Shown here: piece by piece, positions 52,696 to 64,000 of the stretch | Position numbering within the stretch: position 1 is the first letter of the stretch | Layout of the letters: the number at the start of each line of letters is the position of its first letter | Source of the DNA: Raillietiella orientalis | Taxonomy: Eukaryota | Assembly: GCA_036172245.1 (NCBI GenBank) | Contig: JAYWIR010000038.1 | Coordinates: 1,922,001-1,986,000, forward strand | Reading direction: 5' to 3' | Length of the DNA stretch: 64,000 nucleotides | Made by a program: the position numbers and the translations under genes | The notes under the pieces: model-generated | Database searches by the model: none | What the model saw: only the letters and a program-made list of their open reading frames with translations | What the model was told of the DNA's origin: nothing

Positions 52696-55600
52696 TACCA
52701 GAATCCGTGAGTGCAGACGATGTCCTTGCAGGTAGTAGACCTATTCTTCTCGGTGGAGTCTCTTACACCTCCTTTCCCTAATGAGAGAGATCTCACATTT
52801 GGCATGAAGAATGTTTTCCTTCACTTGGAGCGATGGATCTTTTTTGTCCACAATACTGTCGTCCAAAGGAAAAATTCGAAGACAAGAGAAAAGAAAGGTG
52901 AAGAAAGGAAAAACAGTTCAGCGTAACGCTGTCTGTTCTGTGTCTTCGCCAAAACAATTAAAGATGAACACGAGCCTTCTGCTGTCCTGAGCTGAAAAGA
53001 CTGGTGTGAAACAAGGAATTGAGACTTGAGGAACCGTTGGAAGCCTGAAGGAAAAGAAAAAGTACCACTTGTGCCACTTTCCTCCAAACAGTCATTCTGA
53101 AAGAAACAAAAGGACATTCGAATGCTCTCTTGTCAGGGAGCTCTCCATGACACAACTCCTTGACTGTCCTGCTGAATCCCGAGCGCGTTCCCTCTGTGTA
53201 CGACCTTTTAACTTCTTACAAGACACTGTGGTAAGGCGGAGAGCCAGATAATTTATAACAGGAAATCAGCAGCAGCTGAGAAACTCGAAAAAAAAAAAAA
53301 AAAAAAAAAACCAGTTTGAAAGACGCCAGAACCTCTCTCTCGAGAAACTTCGTCGAAATTGCGTTACTGTACCGTGTACCATTAGCGTAGATCAATGCTA
53401 CCCTCTTGTCTTTCCATTCCGACACGTCTCAATTAATGTGCGATGGCCTCTGGAAGTTGCATTTGCAAACTTTCACAATGGCTACGTTGAGAATCAGCAT
53501 GTATTCGCTCTATGACACACGTTTTCTTTCGAGGAGGCTGTAAAGCTTAGGCCAGAGGTAGAATCCTTCGATGGTCATAAATAAAATTATTTGTTGAAAC
53601 CCCCCAAATTTGATTTTTCAAACACGCATCCTCCGTTACCCCAGAAACGTTTGCATGCTTATTCGATTTGAAATCATCAAGGCATCCGGGTTCCATTACG
53701 GCAAAATTCTGGGACCTCACCGTAATGTGCTTTGGGCTGAAATTGTCACAGGCGTTTGTCACCTGGAACGATTGGAGTCGTACTGAGTTAAAGGACGTTT
53801 CTCGAAGAGAACCCTAAGCTCCGGTCTTCACTGCATTTTCTGCGGTGAGAGCCTTCGAGGACCATTCGAGAGGAACACGCGGGCATCCTAGGAAATCTTT
53901 CTTCCGTAGGAAGAGGATGAGGAAGCGAGAGTGCTACAGGACTCCATATATCAGCAAGGATTGCTGTCATGTCCGTTACTTGTGAAGAGGATATAGGAAA
54001 AGCACCGGAATTTGAGGCGTCTTCATGGAGCTGAGAACTTGGTCGCAAGTTCATTGCTGCTCTAGATGGAGGACCAGGGAGGCGATCCTCTTGAAACTCG
54101 ATTTTGGAGTTTATCTCTGTTTGCTAGCTCATGCTAGCATTGACCGCTTTCTTTTTCCAGTCAAAACACGAAGCAGAAACGTTCAGAGCAATGGACTATT
54201 ATGTCTCGTAGATGAAATGTTGTTGCGAACAACCTTCCATCTACCGTTCCTTCTCTGGACTGAAGGAATGAGGTGCAACATGAGTCCATAAAATTCTCTA
54301 GATAAGGGGATAAATAGGCAAGGATTTTGTTTTTGCAAATAAAATTAATGAATGTTTCTACGATCTGCGTTGTACCTCCTGCTACTGCGTCTTCGCTGGT
54401 GATTTCTGCCCATGCCTCAATATGGCCTCAATATGTTGAAACGATGCTGCAGAAACAAGAGCAGATGATACGGACATCTCACTCGTGGATGTGGCTGCGG
54501 TCAGGGAGAGATGATTTCAGATTTCATCACTTCGCTTGTGCTCAGGAGCTCGTCATAAATGCAAATGTAAATTAATAAAATTACGCGGCTTGCGTTCACG
54601 TATTCGTCATGCAGATGAAAAAGGGAACGCAACCATCTTTCATTGCATGAGGAATCCAAATACCGTTTCTCGATCTACAAAGGATAAAAAAAAAAAAGAA
54701 AAAAACACGCTGAATGAAAAATCTGTACGTACGGAACTCTGATCGCAATAATCTCGGCCGGCCACAGGAGCTTCAAAAGAGCACCAAGTTGCGCTCCTTG
54801 GACGATCTCATATCGACTCTAACCATGAAGAATGCTGAAGAGGGAAACGGGAATGTGAACCAAGTCAGGGCGTCACTCCTGCTGGCTGCAGGAACGAGCG
54901 GCTCTCTCGCAAAACATTCACTTCACGTATCGACGTGCGTTAGTGATGAGACATGATCGGCAAAACAAATAATATAATGAACTCACTCAGTAAAGAAGTA
55001 GAAATGAAGACAGTAGAGAAATAGAGAAAATATAAGCTTCAAAGCAAACTTGGTGTTGAAGGAAGCGAACGATTTGATTCAAAAAATTTTGGAAAATGGT
55101 CATCTGCGTGTGGGAAAGTGCATCCTCGGTTGGTGTGATGTTTAGAAGGCTAACTGACCCTGGATATTCCAATGTCTAAGTGGTTAGAAGAACCAGCTTG
55201 TGGAAGTAAAATGGTCGAAACCCTGAACGTCGCTCAACAAATGGAATACCGATGGATTTTAACAAGTGGAGGCGGTCTTTAAAGACCTTCATTAGTGGAT
55301 GCAGTACAGTACGTCACTTGAAAGATAACCATTGTGATTTATTTCGTAGAGAGCCGTAATAGGTACTCGGAGTTCGAGCATGACTTTGTTGATTTATCAC
55401 CATGGGTCAAGAAAACAATCCAGCATTTGTATTCAGCATTTAGCCACTCCCATTTTTCACGTGCAGACCAATTTTGATTGCAGACCACAGCACATGGTAT
55501 ACTTGTGTAGCACATAGTTTGTGTATTTGTGTAAATATGTCCCATATGAACCAAAAGTGCATGTACTTTGTGTATTGCCGAAAAGATCTGAGGAGAGCGT

Positions 55601-57999
55601 TCTCCTGGAAATGCGCTAGGCGGGCGGTCAAATCAGGAATTTTCAGCAGCAGGGTACATCGCCTGCTTTTACGGTGCTGGGAACCTGGGAACTGCAGCTC
55701 TCAGGTTTCCCATCTTCTAAAAATCCGCTTGCAGCTCCCCCAAGCATTGCCAAACTGGCGATACGATTACTGTTGAGAAGCGTCCCCCCTCGTACCCACA
55801 ACATAATCTTCGTCCCCCTGCATGTCCTTGCCTCTCCGGCCAGGGAACACTTCCTGGAACCCGAAACAACGGATTCTGCCTTCGGAATTTATCTGGCAGT
55901 TTTTTTCCATTGGCCTCGGTTTTGTGCGTGAAAGAACTTGAATGTGAACTCGCAGTAGTTGTTCTGAAAGGACCAACTAGTGTGGCATATTCAAGTCTGA
56001 TTCGTGTCCAGCACGAATGAGTTGTCTACGGCAACGCGGGGTTTTACGCCGGCGAAGGAACCAAGGGAATTGTGACCCCTCTGTGACCCCACTCTGTTGC
56101 AGAGCAGTTTGCAGAACAGCGACTCGAGGCATCTTGAAACACTTCACACATGCCACTGTACCCGTCTTGAGAATTCCAGAAAGATTTTCATGTTGTAAGA
56201 TTTCCAGCTTGATCCTAGAAATTGATGACAGTTCATTTCCTATGTAGAGACTGCTTGCTTTTCAAATGAGCTTTGCAACATCAGTGAGCAGTAGCCGTTA
56301 ATTGGGTCAGCATTGCATTCAATTAAATCTTATCGTTGCATCCACTAAAGAGGAGAAGCAAAATTGCCACGCATTTGAACAGTGCGGCAGCTGAGCGGCT
56401 GTTTCCCCTTCATAAGCAGTTTTTAATTCACGCTGAATTTTCATTCCTACATCTTCAGCCTTGGATGAAGCTGTCCCGACCTCTGACGCTTTGATAAGCA
56501 ATGGGATGCTCGGCTTTTCATTTATCTTTATTCAGCTCAGTAAAATAATTTTGCGCGTCTTCCTGATCTTCTCCGTAACTACATGGTGGGGTGAATTTGT
56601 GCTGAAAGGAACACGTGCTTTAGGACCTTCTTCCTCTTCATTCTAAGTCTATAATCTTGGAATGAAGACTAGCATGCTTCATCACGTAATAGGGGTACTT
56701 GATTCGTTGGGATATCCGCTACTGTTTCTGCGTTCTTTGAAAACGCTAAGGTTGCCGAATTCCCAAGTTTCTATGGTTTCGAAACTGCAGCGGGGGTGTC
56801 TGTCCACTATGGCTTTCCCCAGCGCTGGGAGTGGAGCAAGCCAGAGGCAATTTATGGAAGCGTAAGGCATTAAAGTCACGAGGATTGGATCCGCCCCTGG
56901 AATAGCCATCTGCCTTTAAACACGAATTGCTTAAAGATGTCGGCTGTCCACCGAGTTGCTGGGAGTAGGTTCGGCGTGCGAGAGCGCTCCTGCATATGAG
57001 ACTTCTGACGTGACCATGACAACGTCGAACAAATGCTTGTTCGGAGATTTGATTGTCAGGAATTCCAATTATCATTAGTTTAACGAAATCATCGTTGGAG
57101 TGCGATTTTCTGGAAAAATTTGCAACCGCGTTCGAAAAATGGAGATCTGTTGCGATCTGAGAGGGAAGGAAACATATATGTCATCTAAGTCAACTACTAC
57201 ATAGGTGATACATAATTCTGCATAAAGCAGATTCTGCATGCATGCATAATCACGAGTTGTTATCAGATAAGCTGCAGCGTTGTCTCAGTTGCACTAAGGC
57301 ATGGCCTCCTTTAGTTTAATGCTTTCAGTGATACCTGTGATCTTAGCAGTAGAAGGGACATTTTAATTATGAAACATTTTCATGCTCTTGCCACAGACGT
57401 CTTTGCCCGTGTTTTGTTTGCTCAGCCTCCGGAGTCTGGGACACGGAAAGCTTCTCTCATGAATGATGCATGGTCTCGTTGCTTTGAATGCATTTCTTCC
57501 ATACACTTCTATTCCCAAACCATTTGTACGGAATTGTTTTTCCCATTTAGGGATGCTTGTTATACTGCTACTTTAATCTAGACTGTTAACTTATAAATGA
57601 TGAAACGGTGATTATACATCATCTGTGTAATACATGATTACAGTGTATGTTCATTATAAATATATATAAAGCACTCTTGTATGTACTATCCTTAGTTTGC
57701 AATATACCTACATAGTTCATACATAATCATGTTATAACATGATGCATACCTGATTTCTAATGTGTAATGTATATGCAAATTACACAATTCATAGAAGATT
57801 GCATGATGGCATTACACGAGACAAAGAATGAATAAGAACCACCATCCATTATATAATATCTATCTATCACCCATACAGGAAACACGCAAATAAATATGCT
57901 AGCACTGCATACTCCATTGATATTGATAAGCACACGCAGCTACAAATTTTTTCGACTGCCACTTCCTATATTTCGGACCAGCGCAAAAGGATTCCGTGC

Positions 58000-58789
58000 C
58001 CGTACATTCTCTGAATAATCTATCGACATAAATCAGGCGGAACTCAAGGAAAGCATGGGCTCATGGAATTCATCGACATTTCAAGGTTTCCAAGGCTTTC
58101 GCGCACAGCTGTTCCAAGGTTCTGATGTTTGATTCTCAGGAACCTTGAAGAAATATTTTCCTCTCTGGAAAGGGTTAAGCTTCGGTCCCGTTTCCCTGGG
58201 CACTCGCATGCATGTTAGCGTGAAGGATGGCAGCGGCCTTCACAAGACACTACCGTGGTTTGCTCATTGGGAGACTCACGCATGCATTTGTATAAAAGTA
58301 AACCATTGGCTATTTCGGTCATGTACTTCAATCACATCTTTCGAACGAAGCTTTCTCGGTTTTCCTTTTTCCCTGTCTTCAGTTAGCGAAGAGAACTCCC
58401 CAAACCATTTGTGTTGGTGTTTGGTTGCGATTACAGAACCCTGTACAATTCCGAGTATTCATTGTATCGCACAGTACGAACTATTTGTGCAGCGAACGAA
58501 TGACCGTGACGGACCCATTGGCTCCCTACTTGCTAGCAAACCGTGCTGTTTTTCTCTTCAGTCATTGCTTTGCCATAAGTGCAGATTAAAGAATGTTCGA
58601 GATCAAGATGGCTTCTGGAACATGATTGTAGTTTCCAGGATTGAGTTCTGGAACGATTCAACTTCGCGAACCGCTGGCTCTCATCCAGGCGGTGAACACC
58701 TTCATCACCAAGTGTTATTTGCATGAGCACACGTCAAGAACACAGTAACTGTGGCGATTCAGAAGACGATTCAATCAAAAGATGGCCAT
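58000..58789 (-). pseudogene. VPS13: VPS13-like N-terminal fragment E (chorein_N only)
   Basis: ATG at 58789: MAIF*LNRLLNRHSYCV (~LLNRFLGDYV); NPGNYNHVPEAILISNI; SFAAQIVRTV (~LVTQVIKNV). Followed by an AT-rich stretch at ~57150-58000. Confidence 0.45.
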
Positions 58790-59699
58790 GCTCGGCGAAG
58801 AGAGGTCCCTGAAGCGATGGCGAAGAAGACGTAAATTCCCAGGTTATATAGGTCTACCCCGAACCATTTTGCTCAAAAAAGCAATCACTTTAAAAATACG
58901 GACAAAAACAAAGTATTGCTATTGAGAATATTGCATAGTATGGAATGCCGTGTTCCTATCCTAAAGCAGCTCATCAGGCTTAAGATGAGTTGCCTTAGCT
59001 GCTGCCTAATTAGATGAACTGGAACAAAATGCTTTTGCCTTTGCAGCTACCTTTTTATCTACCAGAAACAGCAGGGTTGTTTGCCATCGTGACCTCCCTC
59101 TTTCGTTTCACACTCTTTTCTTCATCTGCTCTTTACTGCCTGCGCGTATTCTTTTCGGAAAATTATGTAATGCACCGGGAGCACAAAAGTGAGTTTTTTT
59201 TTTTTTTTAGAAAATTCTTAACCACATTTGCTTTCAAAGGTTCTCCCTTTGATAACATTGTATTTCACTAATGAATCCTAATTACTTTCGAAAACATGTA
59301 CTACAATTTCAAAGAAAGAAAAATCTTTGAGAGAATACCTTTCGTTGGTACAGATAAAATGTACGGACGCGAAGAAATGAAGTCGGAGACTGCCAGATTT
59401 AGCAGCATTATGTGCAAAAAAATGCATGTGACATGCATTTTTTAAGATGGCCATCAAGGGGTACAGCATCTCTTCAACACAAAACCTGAAGGAGCCTTTT
59501 TACGGCAAGCATCCTTTTATACTATATTTAGGTTGGTGATGTCATTTTATTTCAAATTACTTAGAACACGTCGCTTAATAACTCAAATTAAAGGAATTGG
59601 AATGGGCATGAACATAGCACTAACTGTACCATGCGTATACGAGGGACACAGAATTAAAGTACACATGCAACAAATACTGAAAGTAGTAGAACGATGATG

Positions 59700-62080
59700 A
59701 CGTTGGATGTAGCAGTTTCCTAGACGACGAGTCTAAAATTTCAAAGCGGTGCAAGAACATTTGCAAGATCGGAAGCTGCAATTGGCACCAAAATCACTAT
59801 AATTACTGATTTTCCTATTTATGTGTTTTGGGTCCAGCTATGATATAAATAAGCAGCTAATCATAATAAGGACCAATTAATTAATGGGAGACTCCTTGAG
59901 CAGTCTCAGGAATAACAGACTCACATTTTTTATGCACTGCCATGGTCTTAATGTTTAAGTAATTCGTGTTTTATGCGCAAAATAATTGTGTTTCCTTCGA
60001 AATAATCTCTGTTGTTTTCCAATGCCCTTTTTCCTTTTTTTTCTAAGAAAAGTGGCTCCTGAAAGTATACCAAGTCCATGATCCGAAGTCAAGAAGACTC
60101 TTTTGCCATTTGCGTAGTTTTAGTTACGGTCGATTTCTTCCTTGCTGAACCACCATCCGGGATTTTTCTAGAGCACATGTGAATTTCGTGTAGCAAACAC
60201 ACGAAGGTGGAATTGTAGCATCGCCAGTCTGTTGCAGTGGAAGATGGGTGCGAGGAGATGTCAGTTGTAATGTCAATGCAATCAATGTAACCAGATTAAC
60301 TGTTTTCTACGTAAAGGTTTGCCGTATACACGTGCACGTTGTTGATCTGTCTGTCCCCTTTCGAGAAGAAAATATCTCCAGACGAGTGTAAAATCCCTAA
60401 ATGTAACTGAACTAAGCAAAGTTAGCTGTGGCTACCTTAAGCAAGTGGTGTGACCAAGTATGTGACCGAAGATTCTTCTCGTTTTCGGGGTGTAACTGAA
60501 GATCTGCCGACATTTCATTAGCACAGATAGATCATTTCCAGTAAAGTTCCGAAATTTCTTGACGTGTACTTGCAGTGGATAGATTCCCATGGTATATTTT
60601 TGAAATCATCAAGTAGTGATCAGGTGCACCTAAAAGAAACTCAATTTGAGCACTTCAAGGTGATTTTTTTTTTTTTTTCCTGCAAGCGAGAAGGTGACAG
60701 AGGAATCAAGAAGAAGCCAATCTATGCTCCATAGAAACAGCGAATTTTCTGTATCCATCACAACGAAGTATTCAAGCGAAAAGAGTTGTAGCAAATGACA
60801 TTGCTTTTCCCAAAGAATGTTTTGGTGCTATACATTTGTGGATGAGTCAGCGCAAGCCTGTCTATAGAATAGGACCTAGAATGGAACAGTACAAAGCGAG
60901 AACTCATGAGTTCCATAATTTTAGGACTCGTGCAAGCATGAAAATCTCATTGGCATTCGAACGCTAGATGAGCTATGCTGCGGCCATGAGACCTTAAGCC
61001 GATTCTCAATGTTACACTTTGACGTAAAATCAGTGTTGCCACAAATATCAAGGAGGTGAACCTCGAAAAAAACACACACAACCAGATGCATGCTCTCCTC
61101 GGGCTTTGCTCATGCTCCATCTTCATGCATGACAGAAGAAAAAAAACAACAACAACCACACGCCCTTGAGGAAATAATCAGGCCGTTGCTGCATTAGGTT
61201 TTCAGGTTTCGTGTAAATGCAAATATCTTTCAACAAAGCACGTGAGAAATCATGGTTCTTTGCTGTGCATACACCTCATGTGTGTACAAGCCTTATGTAA
61301 GCTTCAAACTTTGATAGGAGTGCCAAAATTTGTGTATAAAGCTGTCGGAAAATCCAGAGTTTTTTTTGGTCCATGGACTCCGACTACGATGAACGTATCT
61401 TCTGAGTACTAATCGCAAAAAGTGCTGCGTCAGTCCTTAAGTTTCGAAATGAAAAGTCCAGTGTAGACCAGATTTTTTCTCAAATAAATCATAAATAAAT
61501 ATAGCGAAACAATCATCAACGTTCTTGAAGTAATCGAGGAGCCACTATGCCTCACTGTTCATCACAAGATCTGTAGCGATTGTGAAAAATCGTGGAAAAT
61601 TCCTAAAACAGGAGAAGTAAAGAGTCAGTATTTGGATAGTTGATTTCTTTGTTTCAGCAAAAACCAACACTCTTACGAAATCAATTCCATTGAGTGGAAA
61701 CGCGGAATCTGGAAGATCCTGTGGCCGTTCCCCTCCCCCCCCCCATTTAGTGTATTTTTTTTTTTTTTTCCGAGAATGCAAATTTGCATTCACTTTCGTT
61801 TTTGGTTGGCCTTTTCCCTTTTTCGAAGATTTTTCATCGGGATCGCATCAAACTGTACAATGGTGAAGTTTAAAAAGTACACTGTACATCGGCTTTCACG
61901 TCCTGCAGGATGAATGAAATTGGAAGCCATGCAGATGCAGACGCACAAACCTTTACGAGTTTCACAATCATCAGCGTGAAGCTGATGCCTCTTCGTTTAC
62001 TCTTGAATTCGGACCAGAAGTGTATTCGAGAGGCTCCTCCACAACCCCTCTGCCTGTCGCCTGGTGTCACCTGCAGCAAG
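59700..62080 (-). pseudogene. VPS13: VPS13-like N-terminal fragment F
   Basis: SEFKSKRRGISF...AWLPISFILQDVKADVQCTF (chorein_N-like, 61870-62050); KSTIQILTLYF; IALTLQLTSPRTHLP (~LDLKIDISAPQIIFP, ~60250). Weak motif-level similarity only. Confidence 0.4.
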
Positions 62081-63138
62081 ATCGCACTGAGCTGAGGACC
62101 CCCCGACCCTTATAAAAGAACGAAATCGATGTGGTGGAGATGGCGGAACTTGTCTTGCAACAGAAGTAGGTCAGGTCAACGTCGGGGTTCTCGCCTGTGG
62201 TGTCGCACTCGGCGAACGAGGGACAAGCTAGTGGTCAGTTCCGCGTGAATTCACTTTTGTGGATGTTGGTGGCTGGTCCCTGGGTCACAGCAGCATCGTG
62301 TCGTGGTTGTTGTTCCAAGAGAACCTTTGGAAGACGCTTCCGAGCCTCCGGTGACTTGAGTTGGCGCGGCTCCGTGTTTACTTTCGCCCTCTCGGCTTGC
62401 CAACACGATTGACTTGGCAGCTGGCTTTCCTAATCGAGTGCCTCGGGATCTCTGTGGCAACAAAGCAGCACGAGTCGGGCATCCTGCTGTTTGCAGTGAG
62501 ACGTCCCCCCCCACCTCCACCCCCGCACCCCCACCTCCACCGCCCCCTTTTTTTTTGGCAGGGAATACGAGGATGTAAACTAGGGATGTAAATTTCGGTT
62601 GAATATCGGGGTAGGAAATTTAAATTTACCCGAGAAAGACAATCGGAAAAGGAAACTAAGGTTTGATGTAACACATTTGATTGCGCTTGTTTTTGAGGAA
62701 AGTATCAAGAAGCCACTATTACGAAATTGAGGTTTATGAGTCATTCCTTGCTGCTAAATCAAAATAATGTATACGCTATTCACTTTACTGATGCATTAAT
62801 GTTTGTGTTGAGCCGTTCGTTGTTCCAACGATGTCTAAGCGAATTTAATGATTGGCAAACTATCAAACGACCGGGTATTCATTAGAGATCATGTGTACAA
62901 ATTCTGAAGAATACGTAACATTGAGCAACGTTTTGTGCTTTTGCCTACTTAAAGGTGTTGATTTTGATGTTTACAGGATTTTTTATTTACTATTTTATTT
63001 ACCATGGTGCATGAAGTCATCCCAGTGACAAATATGTGCATTTGTAGCACGCTGCATGATGCATTGGTGAAAGATATGCATGCAGAACAAAGTATTAAAA
63101 ATGTAGAAAGCTACAAAGATCATATAATTTTTTAAGGA

Positions 63139-64000
63139 ATGAATTGTTTGTTCTTATTGGTTGGATACTTCCAAGTGAGCATTGTGGTTTCATTCTTTTC
63201 TAAATAATATTATTCAATGATTAGCTTGTGCTAGGAGCAGAAGTATTCATTCATATACCATGGAGTGTTGAAGATCAGGATGGTATTTATAGACTCAATT
63301 ACTTTCCTCCTGAAGGATACCCTTTGGCCAACCAGACATTTCTTCCATCACAGATATCTCAGGGAATTGAATTGACTAGTGCTTTGCCTGGTGCTGAATA
63401 TCATTTTAATCTCTATTATTCAAATGCCAGCCTTCATGACTGGCTAACTTGGACAGCTTCCATCACCACAGTGCCTGATCCCCCCAGCAATCTCAGCATC
63501 AATGTGAAATCTGGCAAATCAGCCTTAGTCTCATGGCTCCCTCCAAAAAGTGGTGGTTACACTTCTTTCAGGCTGAAGCTTGTGCCACTTACAGAGCCAC
63601 ATAAAAGTGCCACAAATTTTGTGGTTGATAATCAGTCATCGCCACTACTTCTTCGAGAACTTACTCCTGGTGCTACATATGAACTGCAGTTGTTTTCCCT
63701 GTTTGAAAACAAGGAGAGTGCTGCCTATTTGTCAACTAATTTTACCACTCTTCCCCATCCTCCAGCCAGATTCATTGTGTGGTATAGAAATGAAACTACT
63801 CTACTTGTTCTCTGGCAACCTCCATTTCTTCCTGGGTATTTTAATGCATATAAACTGACAATTTCGCCTCCAGATGCCACACTTAATGAAATTTACGTGG
63901 AAAAGGAAAATGATCCCCGGGGGCCTGCTCAGGCAGCATTCTATGGCCTAATCCCTGGACGAGAATACAACATTAGCCTTTATACAGTGAGTGAAGGCCA
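63139..64000 (+). CDS. Ptp10D: Receptor protein-tyrosine phosphatase, Ptp10D/Ptp4E-like (R3 subtype), 5' part: signal peptide plus FN3 repeats; exon 63139-63174, intron 63175-63224, exon 63225 to >64000
   Basis: Spliced translation MNCLFLLVGYFQ/LVLGAEVFIHIPW...YRLNYFPPEGYP...ALPGAEYHFNLYYSN...HDWLTWTASITTVPDPPSNLSINVKSGK...ELTPGATYELQ...[19 protein letters not shown]...GPAQAAFYGLIPGREYNISLYT closely follows Drosophila Ptp10D as recalled ([53 protein letters not shown]). The frame stays open to the window edge, so the ORF track misses it. Confidence 0.93.
63175..63224 (+). other. 50-bp phase-0 GT-AG intron within the Ptp10D signal-peptide region
   Basis: CAA|gtgagc...ttag|CTT; AT-rich; removing it joins the ATG at 63139 in frame to the FN3 exon and gives a hydrophobic signal peptide. 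Confidence 0.75.

Larger units (their letters stand above)
43100..57140 (-). pseudogene. VPS13D: VPS13D-like pseudogene copy D, near full length (~12 kb after removing insertions)
   Basis: Chorein_N remnant LTIKSPNKHLFDVVMV (~57000-57060); CGSPILL (~GAPVLL); HGWNSEGYQNGFWLPSRFDGVG (~GIHPEGMPGWCQGFSLDGG); FHQVLSRE/KNCNQICARL (~FHWPRNDYDQLLCVRL); FFRIRLMLTTTSAFPPY; RHHNISASGHLV (~RYHAATSGEHLV); GAMSGIHRRFVSLV; IRVRFLGP. The length fits VPS13D (~4,000+ aa). Confidence 0.72.

Noticed and set aside
12250..57140. Frameshifts explained by sequencing error, i.e. intact VPS13 genes
   Set aside because: The Ptp10D frame is clean, the R copies are near-identical to each other, and mobile elements interrupt the coding remnants.

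Overview
Eukaryotic, probably arthropod, genomic DNA. The only intact gene is the 5' part of a Ptp10D-like receptor tyrosine phosphatase (+ strand, 63139 to the window end, one 50-bp intron). Most of the other ~62 kb is a head-to-tail, minus-strand array of heavily decayed, apparently intron-less VPS13 (chorein-family lipid-transfer protein) pseudogenes. Three span the N-terminal chorein domain to the C-terminus: two VPS13A/C-type (~12250-23727, ~24150-35090) and one VPS13D-type (~43100-57140). Three are N-terminal pieces (~830-3830, cut by the window edge; ~58000-58789; ~59700-62080). They can be recognised only by stitching motifs across frameshifts and stops. The array also contains nine copies or fragments of a tRNA-headed SINE with a hairpin-rich body, decayed Tx1/L1-like LINEs, a ~0.6-0.7 kb element present three times with a near-identical core, a GC-rich retrocopy-like insert and two possible NUMTs. 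All homology calls come from manual translation and recalled motifs, not database searches, and pseudogene boundaries are approximate.
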